From contig OZ241863.1 of NCBI GenBank assembly GCA_965203055.1, positions 928,001 through 992,000 of the forward strand: a DNA stretch of 64,000 nucleotides, written 5' to 3'. The translations under genes and the position numbers were made by a program. The stretch comes from Spirochaetia bacterium (GTDB lineage Bacteria > Spirochaetota > Spirochaetia > SZUA-6 > Bin103). The notes below the pieces were generated by a model that saw only the letters and a program-made list of their open reading frames with translations, did not search any database and had not been told where the DNA came from. Positions 57,290 through 64,000 of this stretch are shown here, piece by piece; position 1 is the first letter of the stretch, and every line of letters begins with the position of its first letter.

Positions 57290-58324
57290 ATGCGAATAAG
57301 CAACCGCAAGATCGTCTTTGCCGCGCCGCAGACGGTGGAGGTTCAGCAAGAAGAGGTCAGTACCGATGATCTTGGACCTGACGAGCTGCTCGTCGAGTCC
57401 CTCTACTCGGTGGTGAGCGCGGGTACCGAGCTCGCCTGCCTGTCGGGTCGGGAAGCCTGGTTCTCGTTGCCGCGGGTGCCGGGCTACGCCGCGGTCGGAC
57501 GCGTCGCGGCGGCGGGCAGCTCGGTGACCGAAGCGCGCGAGGGCGACGTGGTTCTGCACTACGGCGGTCACCAGTCCTGCAATCGAAGAAAGCGGGGCGA
57601 CTTCCTGCTGCCGGTGCCGCCGGGAATCGACGGGAAGGTGGCCGCGATGACCCGGCTTGCCACGGTCGCCTTCACCAGCATACGGGTTTCCGGCATCGAA
57701 GCGGGCGACTTCGTGGTGGTGGCCGGTCTCGGCCCGGTGGGCAATCTGGCCGCCCAGCTCGCCCAGATCCAGGGCGGCCGCGTGATCGGGGTGGACGTGA
57801 GCGCCGGGCGCATCGACCTTGCCAGGAAGTGCGGCATCGAGCAGACCATAGACGCCTCGCAGGAGGACGCGGCGGAACGGATCGCGGAGCTGACCGGCGG
57901 CGCCGGCGCCGCCTCGGTGATCGACGCCACCGGGAACCCGCGGGCGATCGTCGCCGAGCTGGATTGGGTGGCCAAGCAGGGGGAGCTGATTCTCCTGGGC
58001 ACGCCGCGCGGCGAGGTCCGGGGCGACCTGACGGAGTTGCTGAGCAGGGTGCATCTCTGGCCGCACGGCTGCGTCACGCTCAAGGGAGCGCACGAGTGGC
58101 GCTATCCCGTCATGCACGACCCCAACGCGAAGCACTCCCTGGAGCGCAACTCCCGCGTCGCGTGGTGGCTGCAACAGACCGGCAGGCTGCGGATGCACCA
58201 GTTGATCACCCACGTCGTGAGCCCCGACGACGCACCTGCGGTCTACGACGGCCTGCGGACGCGCAAGGACGAGTACCTGGGCGTGGTCTTCGATTGGTCG
58301 GCCGGCGCAAAGGAGCGCAATTAG
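57290..58324 (+). CDS. MDR-family alcohol dehydrogenase-like oxidoreductase
   Basis: SAGTE, PGYAAVG, GLGPVG. Confidence 0.85.
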   Translation: MRISNRKIVFAAPQTVEVQQEEVSTDDLGPDELLVESLYSVVSAGTELACLSGREAWFSLPRVPGYAAVGRVAAAGSSVTEAREGDVVLHYGGHQSCNRRKRGDFLLPVPPGIDGKVAAMTRLATVAFTSIRVSGIEAGDFVVVAGLGPVGNLAAQLAQIQGGRVIGVDVSAGRIDLARKCGIEQTIDASQEDAAERIAELTGGAGAASVIDATGNPRAIVAELDWVAKQGELILLGTPRGEVRGDLTELLSRVHLWPHGCVTLKGAHEWRYPVMHDPNAKHSLERNSRVAWWLQQTGRLRMHQLITHVVSPDDAPAVYDGLRTRKDEYLGVVFDWSAGAKERN

Positions 58325-58372
58325 GTCACAGACAACCAGTTAAACACGCATCTTATCCGGCTGTTCGGCGCG

Positions 58373-58462
58373 ATGATGATGACGGCCTCCGTGCTCGTGG
58401 TGTTCGTCGCGCTGCAGCGCTACTTCACGCAGGGCATCGTGCTCTCCGGCCTCAAGGGATAG
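58373..58462 (+). pseudogene. Isolated C-terminal fragment of a carbohydrate ABC permease (MalG/UgpE type)
   Basis: MMMTASVLVVFVALQRYFTQGIVLSGLKG-stop, a canonical permease ending with no upstream gene body. Confidence 0.75.
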
Positions 58463-58480
58463 TCCGGGACGCAGCGCCGG

Positions 58481-59383
58481 TCATCCCTCGTATTCGCCGC
58501 GCTCGCGGGCGAAGCGCTTGAGCTTGGCGAAGAAATCCTCGTGGATGAACCGCGCGTCGATGTCTTCGTAGACGCGAATCGGCCGATGCTCTCCGGTGTG
58601 CCGGTAATGCATGGTGGGCTCGAACTCCGGCGCCGGGCGCCAGCTCCATGCGCCGCAGTCCGGGTACATCAGCACGCCGACGCACGGGGAGTCGCCCAGC
58701 GAGCGGTACGGCATGGCGGTTGGCCGCGTGTTGCTGTTGTGCTCCACCAGTTGTTCGACCAGGTAGCGGCCGATCTTGCCGCACGGATATACCTTGTCGG
58801 CCAGCTCGGCGTAGCTTACCGGCATCCTCCGGTACACGGGCTGCGGGATCTGCCACACCTCGAGCCGGGACCGCATGATGACGTTGGCGGCGTTCACGTC
58901 GTTGGACAGGTTGTACTCGCGGCCGCCTTGCGGCCACTTCCCGCCGCCAATCCAGATCACGGTTACGTTGCGCGCTTCGATCGCCGGCTCCAGCAGCAGC
59001 GCGGACGCCATGTCGGTGAGCGGGCCGTAGAAGGCGACGTGCAAGGGCCGCGGATCGTCCCTCAGAGCCTGTTCGATGATCAGGCGCGCGCCCGGCGACT
59101 CGACCGGGGTGCGCTCGTCGGGCAGGGCACGTTCGCCGCCGTCGGCAACGTGGACCCGGCCGCGGAGGTCCATGAGATCGAGCAGCAGCATGGTCTCGTC
59201 GTGGCTGTCGCGCAGACTGTGGGCTGACTTTCCGGTCCCGAAGTGGGCGGGAATTACGCCGTGCAGCTCGAACGCGGGCGTAAGTATCGCGTGCACGATG
59301 GCGAACTGATCATCCGCTTCGTTCTTTGCGTCGGTGTTCACGATAACCCGAATCTTCTTGTCGGCCGGGAACTCGTACTGCAT
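58481..59383 (-). CDS. Nucleoside hydrolase family protein
   Basis: NTDAKNEADD, GPLTD, EYN, LGD motifs; AGGAG RBS. Confidence 0.85.
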   Translation of the reverse strand: MQYEFPADKKIRVIVNTDAKNEADDQFAIVHAILTPAFELHGVIPAHFGTGKSAHSLRDSHDETMLLLDLMDLRGRVHVADGGERALPDERTPVESPGARLIIEQALRDDPRPLHVAFYGPLTDMASALLLEPAIEARNVTVIWIGGGKWPQGGREYNLSNDVNAANVIMRSRLEVWQIPQPVYRRMPVSYAELADKVYPCGKIGRYLVEQLVEHNSNTRPTAMPYRSLGDSPCVGVLMYPDCGAWSWRPAPEFEPTMHYRHTGEHRPIRVYEDIDARFIHEDFFAKLKRFARERGEYEG

Positions 59384-59423
59384 TGATCTTCTCCTGTTCA
59401 GGCGCGGTATCGACGGGATCCAC

Positions 59424-60290
59424 TCACTCTCTCGGCGGAATCCCCTTGCTCGCGGACTTCGTCAGTGGCTCGCGCGTTGCCGCGCCGGCGTTGGCAACGA
59501 CGACCTCGATCCCGCGGCGCTCGAACTCGGCGCGGTCGTCCGCGCCGATGCCGTCGTCGGTGATGAAGGTGTGAATCAGGTCCAGCCCGCCGAGCGCCGC
59601 AAGGGCGGACGTGCCGAGCTTCGTGGAATCGGCCACCAGATACACCTGATCTGCTGAAGCGATCATCGCGCGCTTCACCTGGATGTCGTTGAACCCCGGG
59701 TACGTAAGACCGGCGGCGAAGGAGATCCCCCCGGCGGCGAGGAAGAGCTTGTCCACGTGAACCTTGTCGAAGAACGCGGCGGCCCGCTCGCCGGTCAGAG
59801 ACAGCGTCGGACCCTTGAACTCACCGCCCGTGACCATGACCTCGAAACCGAAGTGCCCTCCCAGGAGCAGCGCGATGTTCAAGGCATTGGTGACGATCGT
59901 GAGGTTGCGCTTGCCCTCCAGGTTCTTGGCTACTTCGGTAACCGTAGAACCTGCGTCCAGGATGATGGTGTCACCGTCACCCACGAACTCCGCGACCTTG
60001 CGGCCAATCGCGCTCTTGCGCTGCATGTTCTCGGTGTGTTGCAGGCTGAGACTCCGCACCTGGTCGGGGATGCTCTTGAGGAACGCGCCGCCGTACTCGC
60101 GTATGATCAGGCCATCCTCCTGCAGACGCTCCAGGTCCTGGCGGATCGTTGGTTCCGAGACGGAGAACACCCGGCTGAGTTCGCTGACCCGCGCGCTGCC
60201 CTCCTCCTGCAGCAGCTCGAGGATTCTCACCCGCCGCTGCTGGCCAAGAAGATTCGATGGCCCTTTGCTCGAATTCGCTTTGGTTGCCAT
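59424..60290 (-). CDS. DeoR/GlpR-family transcriptional regulator
   Basis: VSEPTIRQDL HTH; LDAGST, VTNAL, LVADSTK. Confidence 0.92.
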   Translation of the reverse strand: MATKANSSKGPSNLLGQQRRVRILELLQEEGSARVSELSRVFSVSEPTIRQDLERLQEDGLIIREYGGAFLKSIPDQVRSLSLQHTENMQRKSAIGRKVAEFVGDGDTIILDAGSTVTEVAKNLEGKRNLTIVTNALNIALLLGGHFGFEVMVTGGEFKGPTLSLTGERAAAFFDKVHVDKLFLAAGGISFAAGLTYPGFNDIQVKRAMIASADQVYLVADSTKLGTSALAALGGLDLIHTFITDDGIGADDRAEFERRGIEVVVANAGAATREPLTKSASKGIPPRE

Positions 60291-60576
60291 GTGGATGAGT
60301 ATGCCGTGACCTCCAGTCTTGAGAATGCCCGGATTACGCGTGAAGCGCAACCGGGGAGGCAAGCGGGACGCCGATTTCGACGCCGAGATCAGACGGCTGA
60401 AGTTCATATCCAATAATGATTTGCTGGCAAACGATCGCGCCCGGCCGATAGCCTGCGACTCGCTCGTCTCGGCCAGCTGCGCGGGTATACTATAGGCGAA
60501 CGAAGAATAACGTGCAACAATGAGTTGACCATCACCAGAGGATCACTTACGATGATCTGCGGATTTCAGACGGAGC

Positions 60577-61431
60577 GTGCAGATGACGAATCGAGAGTTG
60601 GCTCTGAAGTCGGTCCGCTACCGCCAGACGGTGCTGCGGATCATCAAGGAGGCCGGGGCAGGCCACACCGGGGGCAGCCTGTCGTGTATCGACATTCTCA
60701 ACGTCTTGTACAACGAGGTGTTGAACGTCTCCCCCGCTACCGTTTCGGCCCCCGCCCGGGATCGGTACGTCCACAGCAAGGGTCACTCCGTCGAGGCGCT
60801 CTACACCGTCCTCGCCGACCGGGGGTTCTTCCCCGATTCGCAGTTGCGCACGTTGAGCCGCTACCGGTCGCACTTCGTCGGGCACCCGACCCGGAAGGTC
60901 AACGGCATCGAGCACAACACCGGCGCCCTCGGGCACGGCCTGTCGGTGGCGGTGGGGATGGCGCTGGCCGGCGCGAGGAGCGGGCTTCGATTCCGGGTGT
61001 TCGCGCTGCTGGGCGACGGTGAGCTTACCGAGGGTTCGGTCTGGGAGGCGGCGATGGCGGCGGCTCATTATCGGCTGGACAACCTGGTCGTCATCGTCGA
61101 TCGCAACGGACTGCAGATCACCGGGCGCACGGAGGAGGTGATGGGTCTGGAGCCGTTGGCGCAGCGGTTCTCCGCGTTCGGCCTGGAGGTGCGCGCCTGC
61201 GACGGCAATGACATCGCGGAGCTGCGTACCGCGTTCGAGGAGATTCCCTTTGCTTCGGGACGGCCTGGCTTGCTGCTCGCCCGCACGGTCAAGGGCAAGG
61301 GGGTGAGCTTCATGGAGGACCGGGCCCGGTGGCACCACCACGTGCCGAGTGACGAGGAGCTCCGGTTGGCGTTGCGAGAGCTGCGGAGTGCCGCGGCTGA
61401 GTTGCAGGCAGGGCACCCTCTGAGCAGATAA
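60577..61431 (+). CDS. Transketolase N-terminal subunit (probably apulose-4-phosphate transketolase subunit A)
   Basis: GHTGGSLS, SKGH, TGALGHG, GDGELTEGSVWEA. Confidence 0.88.
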   Translation: MQMTNRELALKSVRYRQTVLRIIKEAGAGHTGGSLSCIDILNVLYNEVLNVSPATVSAPARDRYVHSKGHSVEALYTVLADRGFFPDSQLRTLSRYRSHFVGHPTRKVNGIEHNTGALGHGLSVAVGMALAGARSGLRFRVFALLGDGELTEGSVWEAAMAAAHYRLDNLVVIVDRNGLQITGRTEEVMGLEPLAQRFSAFGLEVRACDGNDIAELRTAFEEIPFASGRPGLLLARTVKGKGVSFMEDRARWHHHVPSDEELRLALRELRSAAAELQAGHPLSR

Positions 61432-61445
61432 ACGAAAGGAAACGG

Positions 61446-61474
61446 TTGACATCGACAGTAGTCGAGTCTATAGT
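61446..61474 (+). promoter_or_regulatory. Near-consensus sigma70 promoter
   Basis: TTGACA-17 bp-TATAGT. Confidence 0.75.
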
Positions 61475-61497
61475 GTTCGGAGACTATCGGTAAGGAG

Positions 61498-62835
61498 ATG
61501 CGTATGGTCAAACCAAGCATGGTACTCGTTCTGGCGCTCCTGGTTGGGGCGCTGGCGTTTGCGTCCGGCGCAGAGGAGTCGAGCGCAGGCGCTTCCGGCG
61601 CGGAGGAGTTGACGTACTGGTTCTCTGCCTCGGAGCCGGAGATCGCGTATATGCGCGCAGCCGTGGACGAGTACAACGCGCAGTCCGGCGGCCCGCACAT
61701 CGAGTTCGTCGAACGCCCGGACAGCAACGAGGCGATGGCGACCGCCATTGCCGGCGGTCAGGGTCCGGACATTCTTCACTACAACCACAACACGGTGTGG
61801 TTCTTCGGTCTGGATTCCATCTACGACATACAGGAGTTCGTCCTGGACGACGAGATCGGGCTATCCTCAGAGTCGTTCATGCCGGCCCCGCGCATGTCGG
61901 TCAACTACGGCGGCAAGGTGATCGCGCTGCCGATCTCCTTCGGTCTCGGAGCGGTCATGTACAACGCCCGACTGATCGAAGAGGCGGGCCTCGATGCCAG
62001 CGATCCGCCGCAGACCTGGGCGGAATTCGAACAGTGGGCGGAGGCCTTGACGATTCGCGAAGGTGAGGAGACCGTGCAGTGGGCCGTCACCGCGGACTCG
62101 GTGGACTGGCTCCTGCAGGAGGTGATGTTCGCCAACGGCGGCGACTGGAACAACGACGACATGTCCGAGTACGCGCCATACAAGGAAGAGCTGATCGGCG
62201 GAGTCGCGTGGATCGACCGACTGGTCAACGAGTTGCAGGTCATGCCGATCCCCCGCGGGGTTACCTGGACCGGAACGTCACAGATGCTTGCCGGCGAACA
62301 GGGCTTCGAAAACGAGACGATCGCGATGAAGATCGGTTCGAGCGGGTTTGCTGATGAGATGGCAAGGAATCCTGATCTCCGCATCGGGCTGTTCCCGATC
62401 CCGCGCGGCCCGATGGCCGGCGACACGGTACGGATCAGCACCGGCTACAACGGCCTCCACGTGATGTTCAACTCAGCCGACCCGCGCGAGAGCTATCTGT
62501 TCATGAAGTGGATGGTGGAGAACAAGGCCGCGGACTACGCTTCCATCAACACGAGCTTTCCCGCATACGCCGGAAACCTGGATCGGTATCGGAACGATCC
62601 TACCTATGCGGCGATGGTGGATCACCTGCTGAAGAGCCCGGTGCGGCGGTTCCACGTCTTTCCCGCCCGGCTTGACGTACGCTCGCAAGAACCGGCCGTG
62701 GTGGAGAACGTGCTTCTGGGCCGCTTGACACCGCGCGAGTCGGTCGAGCAGTTCAAGGAGCATGCCAGGCGGGTGTTCAGCGAGAACCGCCGTGAGCTCG
62801 ACGAGTTCATCGCGATTCAGGAGCCAGTCTGGTAG
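61498..62835 (+). CDS. Extracellular sugar-binding protein, family 1
   Basis: Signal peptide ending AFASG; GPDI, YGGKVIALP, MYN, PPQTWAE. Confidence 0.88.
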   Translation: MRMVKPSMVLVLALLVGALAFASGAEESSAGASGAEELTYWFSASEPEIAYMRAAVDEYNAQSGGPHIEFVERPDSNEAMATAIAGGQGPDILHYNHNTVWFFGLDSIYDIQEFVLDDEIGLSSESFMPAPRMSVNYGGKVIALPISFGLGAVMYNARLIEEAGLDASDPPQTWAEFEQWAEALTIREGEETVQWAVTADSVDWLLQEVMFANGGDWNNDDMSEYAPYKEELIGGVAWIDRLVNELQVMPIPRGVTWTGTSQMLAGEQGFENETIAMKIGSSGFADEMARNPDLRIGLFPIPRGPMAGDTVRISTGYNGLHVMFNSADPRESYLFMKWMVENKAADYASINTSFPAYAGNLDRYRNDPTYAAMVDHLLKSPVRRFHVFPARLDVRSQEPAVVENVLLGRLTPRESVEQFKEHARRVFSENRRELDEFIAIQEPVW

Positions 62836-62935
62836 ACCCGCGTCTCGCGCAGGAGTGGGATGACGGAAACCGGCGCCTGTCCCGTAAGCAGAGACGAGGG
62901 CAGGCGCCTTCTCGACCGCAGGTGCGGAGGCTGAG

Positions 62936-63925
62936 TTGCAGGCGGCAGGTTTGAGCAGCCAAGTCGATGGCTGGCGGCACCTTCCCGCTCTGCCGGCCGG
63001 CCGGCCGAACCAGGAGGTCTTTGCCGAGACGTTGCTGGAGGCGGCGCGGCGCGACCCGACCATCCTGGTAGTCACCAGCGATTCGCGAGGCTCGGCCCGG
63101 CTCGTGGAGTTCGCCAACGAGCTCCCCGACCGCATCGTGGAGGTCGGCATCGCGGAGCAGAACGTGGTCGGTATCGGGGCCGGTCTGGCCGCCGCGGGCC
63201 ACAAGGTCTTCGCCGTCTCGCCGGCATGCTTTCTCACCACCCGGGCGCTGGAGCAGATCAAGAACGACGTCGCCTATTCCGGTCACAAGGTAGTCCTGGT
63301 GGGGATCAGCGCCGGGGTGAGCTACGGCGCCTTGGGCTCGACCCACCACTCCCTCAACGATCTGGCATCGCTCAGGGCACTGCACAACCTTGACATCGTC
63401 GTGCCGGCTGACAACCGTCAGACGCGCCAGGCGGTGTTGGCGGCGCTCGACCACCCGCGCCCCCTCTACTTGCGATTTGGCAAGCGTCCGGTCCCGGATC
63501 TGCCCGCCGGCGCCGGCGAGTTCTCCATCGGACGCGGAGAATGCCTTGCCGGGGGTGCGGATGCCGCGCTGGTGGCCACCGGGGAGACGGTGTGGCGAGC
63601 CATGGCGGCGCGCTCGGCCCTCGCCGAGGAGGGGATCTCCTGCCGAGTTCTGAGTATGCACTCCATTCGCCCGTTCGACGGCGCCGCGCTTCTGGAAGCG
63701 GCGCGGTCGGTACGCGCAATAGTATGCATCGAGGAGCACTCGGTGCACGGCGGGCTTGGCGAGCAATGCGCGGCGTTGCTCATGCAGGAAGGGGCTCAGG
63801 TCCCCTATCGGATCATCGGCATTCCGGACGAGTACACGGTGACCGGCAGTCAAGAGGAGATTCTGTCGCACTACGGTATCTCGGCGACGGGCATCGCCGG
63901 CGAGATTCGCCGGCTGTTAGGTTAG
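62936..63925 (+). CDS. Transketolase C-terminal subunit (probably apulose-4-phosphate transketolase subunit B)
   Basis: SDSRGSA, EVGIAEQN, GSTHH, EEHSVHGGLG; start uncertain. Confidence 0.88.
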   Translation: MQAAGLSSQVDGWRHLPALPAGRPNQEVFAETLLEAARRDPTILVVTSDSRGSARLVEFANELPDRIVEVGIAEQNVVGIGAGLAAAGHKVFAVSPACFLTTRALEQIKNDVAYSGHKVVLVGISAGVSYGALGSTHHSLNDLASLRALHNLDIVVPADNRQTRQAVLAALDHPRPLYLRFGKRPVPDLPAGAGEFSIGRGECLAGGADAALVATGETVWRAMAARSALAEEGISCRVLSMHSIRPFDGAALLEAARSVRAIVCIEEHSVHGGLGEQCAALLMQEGAQVPYRIIGIPDEYTVTGSQEEILSHYGISATGIAGEIRRLLG

Positions 63926-63940
63926 GTTAGGAGGAACGAC

Positions 63941-64000
63941 ATGGCAGAGTTGAGATTCGGTGCGGGGCTGTGGATGTTCGGTCAGTTCGTAGACCGCTAC
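63941..64000 (+). CDS. Start of a xylose-isomerase-like protein, probably D-apiose isomerase (cut by the window edge)
   Basis: AGGAGG RBS; MAELRFGAGLWMFGQFVDRY resembles the FGAGLW.F...DRY N-terminus I recall for ApsI; only 20 codons are visible. Confidence 0.55.
   Translation, partial: MAELRFGAGLWMFGQFVDRY

Noticed and set aside
63916..63930. GTTAG x3 microsatellite at the transketolase stop
   Set aside because: Too short to support a functional claim.

Overview
GC-rich bacterial DNA. The FASG/WASG/WAAG-type signal peptides on the solute-binding proteins suggest a Spirochaetaceae-like organism (inference only). The backbone is stress, transport and catabolic genes: bcp, sodC, a YcaQ-like glycosylase, malate synthase, two family-5 ABC clusters, a Liv-type ABC operon, pepF, several dehydrogenases, and a probable D-apiose transketolase pathway running off the right edge. 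Accessory content includes a convergent type II R-M pair, an ISL3 remnant, an NHLP precursor with the NHLM three-gene exporter, a lipoprotein with ten GSGYTSAPTVTF repeats, a 1350-aa Eco57I/DrmMI-like methyltransferase and a Uma2 nuclease. The most unusual feature is a transposase-free element present twice (~15662-18019 and 40884-42597). It is bounded by imperfect 24-bp terminal inverted repeats, and copy 2 has a 9-bp target duplication. It carries an HNH endonuclease gene with a leaderless sigma70 promoter and six in-frame DNA quasi-palindromes. It also carries a decayed piece of the 3' end of the large methyltransferase gene found at 52288-56340. No CRISPR array, rRNA or tRNA was seen.
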